From a virus (Duplodnaviria > Caudoviricetes), in IMG/VR virus record IMGVR_UViG_3300024232_000010, positions 1 to 61,090 of that record: a DNA stretch of 61,090 nucleotides, one strand, 5' to 3'. This document shows positions 8,801 to 15,979 of this stretch, piece by piece. The first letter of the stretch is position 1; every line of letters starts with the position of its first letter. A model generated the notes under the pieces. It was not told the origin of the DNA, did no database searches, and saw only the letters and a program-made list of their open reading frames with translations. Made by a program: the position numbers and the translations under genes.

Positions 8801-11370
8801 GCACGGGTCAGCATCTCCGTGCCCTTCTGGCCCAGCCCTGCGGCGTTGGCCAGCGTGGTCAGGTTGTCGATCTGGGTGTTCGCCGCGTCAGCGGTCGCCA
8901 GGAACGTCTGCCGCGCGTTGATCGACGCGTCGTTCAGCCCGGTCATCGAGACTTTCGCGCCCGTGGACGCCTTCGCCAGGCCCGACAGGGACGTGGAGAC
9001 CTTCCCGTTCGACTCGTTCATCTTCAGGCCGCTCGCGCCCAGAACCCGGAACAGGCCGATGGTCTGCTTCGCGAACGTCAGGAAACCAGTCTCGCCACCG
9101 GTGACGGTCTTGAAGAACGTGTCCCACGACTGGTTCAGCTGCTGGACACGTTCCTGCTGCTGGAGCGACGCGAACGAGATCGCGTTGACCGAGTTCTTCA
9201 GGATACCGCCGCGGATCGAGAGAGTCTCATAGCCGGTGACGAGGTTCTTGACCTTCTGGTACTGCACGTCGAACGAATCGGACGCCTTCACCCCGGCCAG
9301 GTCCATCAGGGCGAACGCCTGCGACACTGACAGCGCCCCGATATGCAGGTCGTTCTGGCCCCGGACCAGCACCCCCGTGGTGTGGAACAGGCGGGTCTGC
9401 TCGTCGCTCAGCTTGACGATCTCGCCCTTGAATTCGGCTACGTCGTTGCCCGTCTGGAGCATCTGCGGTCCGGCGTTCTGGAAGCCGGTGAAAGCCCTCA
9501 GCGCGTTCCACGCCGATGAGCCGATCTGCTTCAGCGCACCAGGGATGTTGCCCTTGTTGATGTCGTAGGAGATCTGGTTGAAAGCGTGACCGGCCTGGAG
9601 CGCGGAATCAGTTGCGGCCGCGAACGGCTTACCGGCACGCGCAGGAACATCAGCTATCTGCTGTTCAAGCTTCCCTATGTCGGCGCTGATATGGAGGATC
9701 GCCTGGCTCGCGGTGTCGCTGCTGAGGCCCTGCTCAAGCGCCGCTTCGAACTTCTTCGCATACCCGGTCGCCTGGGACAGCTGGTATGCCACCAGTCCCA
9801 GCCCGACCGCTGCCGCTGTCGCCCACCCGAACGGGTTGAAAAGCAGGAACTTCACGATGTTCTGGAATTTCAGCGCGCTGCCAGCCGCGGCGACCTGCGC
9901 CTCACTCAAGATTCCGAGCGACTTGGCGAACGACAGTATCGGCACGGCGACGAGCAGCTTCAGCCAGATGTACGCGCCGTGAATCGCCAGCGTCGCCGTC
10001 ACGATCGGGGCGGGCAGCTTGCTGAACGCGTCGAGCAGCCCCAGCGCACCCTGGATGAAGTCCAGCAGGAAATGCGCGATCCCCGGGTCCTTCTGGAGCA
10101 GGTTGGAGATCGCGTCACCCAGGATGCCGACGGCCTTGCCGAGCTGCTCCAGGAACTCGCGGCCCGAGTTAATGATCGCCCCGAAGTCACGCTGGTGCGA
10201 AGACCAGATGTCGATCTTAGCTATCCACGTGTCGAACAGGTTGACAACCGGTTCCATCCGCTTCAGCAGGTTGCCGGACTGCGACTGGATCAGCTGGAGG
10301 CCGCCACCGAACGCCTCGATCGTCCGCGGTGCCATCGACTTCATCAGGTCGTCGAGTTTGCCGGTCAGCGGCTTGATATCAACCCCGAGAGCAGAAGAAG
10401 CCGTCTGCACGGACTTCATCTGCGTGGCCACGTTCTTCGCGGACTCAGCCATCGCGGTGGCACCCGCTGCCAGCGCGGCGACCGACGCGGTGACGATGAT
10501 GATGGCTTCTAGCAGGCCGTCGAGGGCGATGTGCCAGATGCCGATACCCAGGATCGCCCCGTTGATCCAGCCGCCGGTCCAGATACCCTTGAACCCGGCT
10601 GCTGCGGCTGTCGCGCTCTTGGTCGTGCCGCCCATCTTCTCGGTCGCGGCTTCCAGCCCCAGCATGGCTGCTTCCGCGCCGAGCAGGCCCTTGACGTCGG
10701 CGCTGGCGGTCAGTTCTATCTTCTCGGTGTTCAGCGACGCTATGTGCGCGCGGACCGCTTCGATCTGCGCGTTGATCTCGTTGGTGCGGGCGATGAACTC
10801 GATGCCGCGGGCGTCATCGTTGAGGACCTTCAGCTCAGCTTCGATCGCGTACAGCCGGTTCAGCGCCTTGTTGATGTCCACATCGGCGCGCAGGCTGTTC
10901 AGCCGCTTGTTCAGGTGGAATGCTTCGGCTTCCAGGTCGGTGATCTTCTGCGCCGCCTTCGCGGAGTCCGCGTCGAGCTGGAGATCAGACGCCTGCCGCT
11001 GCAACTGGACGAGCTTGGATTCCTCCTTCGCTATCGCCGCGTCCAGCTTGGTGGTGTCCGCGCCGAACTTGATGTTAGAGACAGTCTTCGCCAGACCGTG
11101 CAGCTGAGCCTGGAGTTTGACAACGTTAGCCGCAGCGGCCTTAGTGTCGACGCCTGCCCGCATGTTCGCCAGGGTGTGAGACAGGGCGTCCATCCGCAGC
11201 TTCAGCGAAGCGAGAGCCCGGTCGAAATCACGGGCGTCCATCTCGGGCTTGATCTTGATATTGCCCGTGACCCCGGCCAGGGCCCGCTTCATGCCCGCTA
11301 TCGCCGAGGAACGAAAAAGAGACGCGTCGGCTTCGATGGAGACGAATGCCTCACCTAGCCGACGCGCCAC
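5869..11370 (-). CDS. Tape measure protein with lytic transglycosylase (SLT-like) domain
   Basis: 1833 aa, Ala-rich and helical, with central hydrophobic segments, ESGGNP...SVGLMQVI motif and repeated 'YAxGG' motifs. Confidence 0.93.
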   Translation of the reverse strand: MARRLGEAFVSIEADASLFRSSAIAGMKRALAGVTGNIKIKPEMDARDFDRALASLKLRMDALSHTLANMRAGVDTKAAAANVVKLQAQLHGLAKTVSNIKFGADTTKLDAAIAKEESKLVQLQRQASDLQLDADSAKAAQKITDLEAEAFHLNKRLNSLRADVDINKALNRLYAIEAELKVLNDDARGIEFIARTNEINAQIEAVRAHIASLNTEKIELTASADVKGLLGAEAAMLGLEAATEKMGGTTKSATAAAAGFKGIWTGGWINGAILGIGIWHIALDGLLEAIIIVTASVAALAAGATAMAESAKNVATQMKSVQTASSALGVDIKPLTGKLDDLMKSMAPRTIEAFGGGLQLIQSQSGNLLKRMEPVVNLFDTWIAKIDIWSSHQRDFGAIINSGREFLEQLGKAVGILGDAISNLLQKDPGIAHFLLDFIQGALGLLDAFSKLPAPIVTATLAIHGAYIWLKLLVAVPILSFAKSLGILSEAQVAAAGSALKFQNIVKFLLFNPFGWATAAAVGLGLVAYQLSQATGYAKKFEAALEQGLSSDTASQAILHISADIGKLEQQIADVPARAGKPFAAATDSALQAGHAFNQISYDINKGNIPGALKQIGSSAWNALRAFTGFQNAGPQMLQTGNDVAEFKGEIVKLSDEQTRLFHTTGVLVRGQNDLHIGALSVSQAFALMDLAGVKASDSFDVQYQKVKNLVTGYETLSIRGGILKNSVNAISFASLQQQERVQQLNQSWDTFFKTVTGGETGFLTFAKQTIGLFRVLGASGLKMNESNGKVSTSLSGLAKASTGAKVSMTGLNDASINARQTFLATADAANTQIDNLTTLANAAGLGQKGTEMLTRATQDMVAALIPAAGHSKALQDVLFALAQHGGYPGANSMKELEKWVGKVQDPMKELDKITETLTTAASNLTEDVKNLSIALGQNLNDAMAQAILQATGGQKAFDDFANAMFHSKKNSKAQQDAALALAQQLVHLTGNTKDAHNEFDAFAQQMGFSRKEADQLWQEIQSKLTPAINNQANKVLPDVRRAFEDWSKNGLHLSKDKADELWTEITSKLGPKMDALGNLAGGPAKQKFIDWAMQGLHLSREKAIELWKEVDTLQNHINNLHGKNIAIDMVGNGSYTIRQAALNNPNNRNNGAGGPNAISKGAAMGMYVSTGTGPTADDVPAWLSKGEVVVPTRLVNAGAVDHLRGAIPGFNRGGYVARYANGGAPGSTGIGHMTGNLTPKFIDGMFGNFQTTMTDSMVSQMRDSLKKAEASAAAAAAAFSAGHVNFRPGAGVGQWAGVARQALAMAGLNPGFVLDVLYQMQTESGGNPLAVNLWDSNARAGHPSVGLMQVIAGTYATYGAPRMGYPGPVAYGVSEQPLANIYAAVNYGKHGRGFGTGPGQIGSGHGYAQGGVVGYASGGTVSGLRSKLATEQTNERAKYWGLTQSFLHGPKKYLTATVRGELATLASRQKDELAAYSALSGAGLTDSRMHHFAATARAVSRVASDKGLSAMPGGHPLFAADLRKYLGQINVTASGTVPASPGSVSVPPGSSSGGLPVIHLSPKQIASEGSIWLNAWRSRRGGGFGAAWGPIVVNQQIAAMEALLHKNQVLSKAAGLTGQQHSHYAALAADEKKRLNTLKTELVVERAWRSLLEANDKTLKSYISAAGNAPGLKKNVAQWTAQMNRQKNTIASISKMLGYSDAQLAALEKAGKLGPGGKPLPKITHTYGGDVGDTIGSFLSSVIAPLGMAMGGRVKTYDRGGWLAPGLTMAYNGTGKPEPVGSQALHVTFEVDSSGSEFDRFMTAWLSKKVKVKGAGDVQVAFGQPNIKFVRK

Positions 11371-11464
11371 TACCTCACCCCTGCTTCGTGTATATGATTA
11401 CTGCCGGTGCACCCCACAGGGCCCTGGCAGGCGGCGCTACCGGAAACCAAAATTGCCTGCCCGT

Positions 11465-11911
11465 TCAGACCTGCCCCTGGAGCGACCACAGCGCGGTCGT
11501 CAGGAACGGGTAAGGCCGCGCACCGGGGTGGTTCACGTGGTAGCCGAAGTACCCGGTCGCGTAGTTGCTCAGCGACCACGGGCCGTACGAGTCGATCTGG
11601 TGGGGTTTGGTGCCCTTCTCAAGGAACAAGCCCACCATGTCAGCGGAAACCTCAGACCACGGGACGCGCGTCCCCGACGCGTGCACTGTCGGGAAGATCG
11701 ACGCCGCCGTACTTCCCGGCGGGGCCGACGTGCCAGGCCGCCCGCTCTTACCCGGTGAGCCGGTGGCCCGCTTGCGGACCTTGCCCCGCGCGAACGCGGC
11801 CGCCTTGTCGGCCAGCTCCCGCATCAGGTGAGCGACCGGGCCTTGCGGGTCGTTCAGGAAAGCGCGCACCTCAGTCTCGTTGAACCGTACCCGGACCAGC
11901 CTGAAAGACAT
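11465..11911 (-). CDS. HK97 gp10-like neck/tail component
   Basis: FLEKGTKPH...VNHPGARPYPFLTTAL pattern typical of gp10-like proteins. Confidence 0.65.
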   Translation of the reverse strand: MSFRLVRVRFNETEVRAFLNDPQGPVAHLMRELADKAAAFARGKVRKRATGSPGKSGRPGTSAPPGSTAASIFPTVHASGTRVPWSEVSADMVGLFLEKGTKPHQIDSYGPWSLSNYATGYFGYHVNHPGARPYPFLTTALWSLQGQV

Positions 11912-12190
11912 CAGATCTCACCGTCCCACTCGACACCCTGGGCTTCCAGGTGCTTCCGCAGCATCTCCTTGGCGTCGTCGCCCGAGTCCTGCTTCTCGTA
12001 CAGCTCCTCCATGAACAGCTCCCGCTGCTCCTCGTCCATCCCGTCCGTCAGGAACGTGACGGCTAGGTTGCACGCCTGCCGCGGGGTGAGGCTTTCGATC
12101 CCCCGGCCCGTTTGCCGGAGATGGCGGCCGTCGACCTCCGCGAACCGTTCCGCGATCCCTGCGTAGAGCTGGACCGCGACTCGGTAGGGC
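11911..12190 (-). CDS. Tail assembly chaperone GT extension, reached by -1 frameshift
   Basis: The -1 frame relative to 12063..12629 is open from the CGC CCT ACC site (PYRVAVQLY...) to the 11911 stop. Confidence 0.65.
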
Positions 12191-12629
12191 GCGCTGATAT
12201 CAGCTTGATCGCCTGCTCCACCACGTCGAACAGCTCGTCCGCCTCGGCCTTGCACGCCACGGCGTGCTCCTGGAACCGATCCCAGTCACCCTCGTCTGCG
12301 AACTTGCAGTCCCGCGCGGTCGCCGTGACACCCGCCGCCTTGCACCCCGGGCATTCCCCGCACGGGTCCTCGGCTTCCATGATGACATCCCGCAGGATCT
12401 CGTACATGGCCACATAGGCACGGGAGTCGTCCGCGCGCAGGTTCGCCGCGTGGCTGAACTTCAGCAGCGGCATGAGCCCGACTTTCTCCGCGACCCGGAA
12501 GTCCTGACCGGCCAGGGTGATCACCCGGTCGTGGTTGATGACCTCCCCGGACAGCTCGCGGTCCGTGGCGGTCTGAAGCTGGATCGCCGACACCTCGACA
12601 TCGGCGCGTGCTTCTTCTTCCACCTGCAC
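12063..12629 (-). CDS. Tail assembly chaperone (G)
   Basis: Follows the major tail gene and ends in RPT plus a Ser/Arg-rich tail. Confidence 0.75.
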   Translation of the reverse strand: MQVEEEARADVEVSAIQLQTATDRELSGEVINHDRVITLAGQDFRVAEKVGLMPLLKFSHAANLRADDSRAYVAMYEILRDVIMEAEDPCGECPGCKAAGVTATARDCKFADEGDWDRFQEHAVACKAEADELFDVVEQAIKLISARPTESRSSSTQGSRNGSRRSTAAISGKRAGGSKASPRGRRAT

Positions 12630-12639
12630 TCCTCACGTT

Positions 12640-12708
12640 GCTGGTTGCTGTGATGGGCCGTGTCTCTACGGCACCCCCGCCGTTTCCAGGCCCACCACAG
12701 CTTCCAGC
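12640..12708 (-). promoter_or_regulatory. Long interrupted hairpin between tail tube and chaperone genes
   Basis: GCTGG..GCTGTG.TGGGCC pairs with GGCCCA.CACAGC..CCAGC. Confidence 0.6.
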
Positions 12709-12715
12709 ACCACGA

Positions 12716-13150
12716 TCAGGTACCGGGGATACCCACAGTCGGGTACCGCACGATGGGCGACGCGGCGTTCCAGGTCGACTTCAGCGAAACGGCGGCTGCG
12801 ACACCACCGGTGACACTGTAGTCGGGAAGGATCGTCCCGAAGAAGTACTGGCCAGGGTTGGTGCCCTGGGAACCCAGCGTAGACGGGTACAGGTACATGT
12901 TGCGCGGCAGTCCGTCGGTAGCGGCGACGTAGGTCTGCGCGGTCGCGGTGTCGTAGAACCCCGAGAAGTCACCGGAGGCGTCAGGCAGACCGGCGACCCA
13001 GATCAGGTTCGGGTCACCCATCGCGGTCACGTCGACCTTGTTGACGACGAAGTTGATGGACCAGTCGGTCAGGAACGCCATCGGCGAGGCGGCCGACCCG
13101 GAGTTGACCGCAACGTACGCAATTCCGTTACGGCCGTGAATGCGTGACAC
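12716..13150 (-). CDS. Major tail (tube) protein
   Basis: 144 aa with 'WSIN...DVTAMGD...VAGLPDASGDFSGFYD'. AAGGAGG RBS. Lies upstream of the chaperones. Confidence 0.8.
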   Translation of the reverse strand: MSRIHGRNGIAYVAVNSGSAASPMAFLTDWSINFVVNKVDVTAMGDPNLIWVAGLPDASGDFSGFYDTATAQTYVAATDGLPRNMYLYPSTLGSQGTNPGQYFFGTILPDYSVTGGVAAAVSLKSTWNAASPIVRYPTVGIPGT

Positions 13151-13167
13151 TCTCGTGCCTCCTTAAG

Positions 13168-13230
13168 CTACGGACGGATCTTGTGACAGAGCCGGCTCCG
13201 TCCGCACCCGGGGGTGGCTACGGCCTCGGT
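13168..13230 (-). ncRNA. Conserved structured 5' leader, copy 1 (upstream of major tail gene)
   Basis: Near-identical to 37680-37743. Stems CACCC/GGGTG and GCGGACGGA/TCCGTCCGT. Confidence 0.75.
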
Positions 13231-13242
13231 TTCCTTATTCAA

Positions 13243-14301
13243 TTATGCGTCAAGAAGCTTCAGCAGTCGCCTAGCGTTCTCGTCGAATGTGCGGTTCTGC
13301 ACCGCCTCGCGGGCTGCTGCGCCCGCCGCTTCCCGCTCCCGGTCGTGGGCGAGCCACCAGCGGAGCTGCTCACCGGCGTCTTCGGGACCGGCAAACGTGG
13401 GAAGCATGTGGAGCAGCTCATCCCCCTCGGGGCGGGGGTCGCGGAGGTAGAACAGGCCGCACGCGGCCATCTCCACTTCGCGGGGCCCCATCGCGTAGGG
13501 CTGGACGTGGGTGTCGTCGGCTTCGTCGTACTCGCGGCGGTAGAAGTTGATGCCCGCCTTGGCGTGCCGGTACAGCTCGGCTGTCTCGGTGTTGTCCACG
13601 CACACCTCGGGGCCGTGCCCCATGAACTTGTTCAGCGGTGAATCCTCGCCCAGCTCCACCCAGCAGCCGCCCAGAAGCACGTCCAGGCCCGTCAGGTTCA
13701 TCCGTTCGAAGAACTCCACCCGCGACTTGAAACCCGTCCCGATGAACGTCAGGTCCGTCGCCAGCTCGGGGTTCAGCGGCTTGTCCCCCCGCGGGTAGTG
13801 GATGTGCGGGCGGTAGGCGTGCGGCGCGTACTCGGCGGTCACCCCCAGGGCCCGGTACTGCTCGATGTTCACCGGGTCGTTCAGCAGCGTCACGTCGCTG
13901 CACTGCGCCCGCTCCAGCTGCATCTTCTCCTGGTACGGCGACTCGGTGGTGAGCAGCACCACTTTCATCCGCCGCGACTGGAGCAGCTGGAGGATCCCCG
14001 CTGTGACGAAGAACCCCGACACGAACAGGACCACGTCCGGCCACATCGTGAAACACGCGTGGGACAGGCCCTGCATGCCCGCGCGGAACGCGTCGTCGTT
14101 GGACATCGCCCGGCGGACCAGCGGGTGACCCTCCTCATCCACCTCACCGGTGTCGATCAGCGAGTGGGCGTAGAACTGGATGCGGTCATCGGTGTTGAAC
14201 GACGCGACCTCGCAGCCCAGATTACGCAGCGCCTCCACCCAGCCGTTGTGCACGTCCGCTACGGAGAAATTGGGTCCCGGGTGGACCACCAGAATCCTCA
14301 T
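13243..14301 (-). CDS. Glycosyltransferase, CgeB-like (GT-B)
   Basis: TESPYQ, DLTFIGTG..SR, PREVEMAACG and 'NRTFDENA' motifs typical of CgeB/GT4-like proteins. Confidence 0.75.
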   Translation of the reverse strand: MRILVVHPGPNFSVADVHNGWVEALRNLGCEVASFNTDDRIQFYAHSLIDTGEVDEEGHPLVRRAMSNDDAFRAGMQGLSHACFTMWPDVVLFVSGFFVTAGILQLLQSRRMKVVLLTTESPYQEKMQLERAQCSDVTLLNDPVNIEQYRALGVTAEYAPHAYRPHIHYPRGDKPLNPELATDLTFIGTGFKSRVEFFERMNLTGLDVLLGGCWVELGEDSPLNKFMGHGPEVCVDNTETAELYRHAKAGINFYRREYDEADDTHVQPYAMGPREVEMAACGLFYLRDPRPEGDELLHMLPTFAGPEDAGEQLRWWLAHDREREAAGAAAREAVQNRTFDENARRLLKLLDA

Positions 14302-14420
14302 GTCTTCGGTCGTCTCCTTCTGCGTCTAGCCAACGACCACTCGCCGGGCCTGGACAGCTTCAACTTACGCGGGAACCACAGGCGCTGACGGATGAGCGGC
14401 TTCCATGTACGCTGTCTCAC
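14298..14420 (-). CDS. 40-aa basic micro-ORF
   Basis: MRQRTWKPLIRQRLWFPRKLKLSRPGEWSLARRRRRRPKT, with GTGA and ATGA overlaps on both sides. Confidence 0.45.
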   Translation of the reverse strand: MRQRTWKPLIRQRLWFPRKLKLSRPGEWSLARRRRRRPKT

Positions 14421-14833
14421 AGGTGCGCACCGCACTGCACGAGGAACGAAGCGCCCATGTACTGCTGCCCGGCGTATTCGATGATCCCGTACGTGGAAAC
14501 CTGGAGGACGATCGCGAACTCCACGGTGCCAGCCAGGAAAGGGTCCGCCTGGACGGCAGCGTTGACCGATTTTGAACCAGACGAGGACACGTAGTTGTTC
14601 AGGTCTTTCTGACCTGATGTGTCGTTGGCTGCTGAAAGTAGCACGATCGCGAGCAGGTTGACATTGGTCTCGCCGTCCATCGTCTGCCCGTACAGGATCG
14701 CGGGACGGTCAGGGATGACGACCACGGCGGGCGGGACGACCTGACCGGGCGCGTAGCCGGTCGCGTTCGTGACCCCGGTAGAGGTGGCGATCCGGCTAGC
14801 GAGCGCGGTTGCTATCGCGTTCAGGTCTGCCAC
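14417..14833 (-). CDS. Tail terminator / head-tail joining protein
   Basis: 138 aa; synteny and 'PPAVVV.P...SVNAAVQADPFLAG' pattern. Confidence 0.65.
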   Translation of the reverse strand: MADLNAIATALASRIATSTGVTNATGYAPGQVVPPAVVVIPDRPAILYGQTMDGETNVNLLAIVLLSAANDTSGQKDLNNYVSSSGSKSVNAAVQADPFLAGTVEFAIVLQVSTYGIIEYAGQQYMGASFLVQCGAHL

Positions 14834-15034
14834 TGGAAACCTTCACGATCGTGTGCCCGCACCGGCATTCGCCTTTTCTGCCGTAGAAAACGAAGTGGTG
14901 AACCCCGTCCTTGCGGAGCGGGCACCGCGCCGCTTTCCTGGCCATTCACCGGCCTCTGCCACCACTACGGCCGCCTTTGAGGTTGCTGACCGGTATGACC
15001 GCCGGGCAGTTCAGCGTAGTCAGCACGTTCCGCA

Positions 15035-15970
15035 TCACACACCCACCTTGCCGCGCGGCCGGCAGTACGGGCGTAGCTGCTCGTGAATCCACGGGTTCGA
15101 CTGTACTCGTATCACGCCGATGTCAGCCACCCCAGCGACTCCCCACGGTGCGTCCTTCATCTTGAACCAGTCAGCGGCGATCAGCAGCGCCGCCTGCGAC
15201 ACCACGGGAGGAACCTGGGGCCAGCCGAACACGCCGCTGATCTGCACCCGGTCCAGGTGGACATACGGCCAGATGAACGGGAAGAAGTTCGACCCGCCGA
15301 TCACCTGGACCTGCGTGTACGGCTTGGCCTCACCGGTGGCAAGCTGGTTGAACTGGTTATCGGCGATACGCAGCTGGTAGTTGACACCCTGGGTCCAGGT
15401 CTGCTCGAACACCCCGTCGCCGTCGTTGTCAACCTTCAGCGACGTCACCGACACGATGTCGTCGGTGGTGAGCAGCCACAAGCTATCCGGCTGGAACGTT
15501 CGCACGTCCGTCACGCGGAAGAAGTGACGGCCGCAGTACCGGTCGATCCACCGGGACGTGGCCAGGCACACCGATTCGATCACCGAGTCGGTCGTGGTGT
15601 CGTTCTGCCCGAGGCGGTCCTTCAGCTCCTCCGGTCCCACGTACCACCTGGCCTGGTCCAGTGCCAGGACACGCCAGGTCCCCGGCTGGACGTCAGCGGC
15701 GGCGCCGGTGCCGATCCACGCGTACGACCACAGCCCCTCGATGCCGGTCAGCGACGGTGAGCAGGCAACGTCCAGCTTGTACACACCGGCGCTGACCTTC
15801 ACGATGTCAGCCGGTGCCGCACCGCCGAAGCTGTGAGTGACCTGGCCACCGGCTGGGTCGGTGACCAGGCACGTGACTGCGGTCGGGTCGGTCGGTACAC
15901 CGCTGACCTTGAAGGTGACGTTGAGAGTCGCGAACTCGTTGGCGTTATCGAAGAAAACGTCGCTGCTCAC
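15035..15970 (-). CDS. Head-to-tail adaptor with an extra N-terminal beta-rich domain
   Basis: C-terminal 'YVGPEELKDRLG...SRWIDRYCGRHF...GWPQVP..V.QAAL' adaptor pattern, preceded by ~105 aa of beta-rich sequence. Confidence 0.7.
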   Translation of the reverse strand: MSSDVFFDNANEFATLNVTFKVSGVPTDPTAVTCLVTDPAGGQVTHSFGGAAPADIVKVSAGVYKLDVACSPSLTGIEGLWSYAWIGTGAAADVQPGTWRVLALDQARWYVGPEELKDRLGQNDTTTDSVIESVCLATSRWIDRYCGRHFFRVTDVRTFQPDSLWLLTTDDIVSVTSLKVDNDGDGVFEQTWTQGVNYQLRIADNQFNQLATGEAKPYTQVQVIGGSNFFPFIWPYVHLDRVQISGVFGWPQVPPVVSQAALLIAADWFKMKDAPWGVAGVADIGVIRVQSNPWIHEQLRPYCRPRGKVGV

Positions 15971-15979
15971 GAACCCTCC

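Noticed and set aside
7672-9330. 552-aa plus-strand ORF, and similar long antisense ORFs (for example 10019..11107, 24332..25441, 28557..29720, 30956..32356, 43041..44123)
   Set aside because: Shadow ORFs opposite well-supported genes. They are expected at high GC and carry no recognisable motifs.
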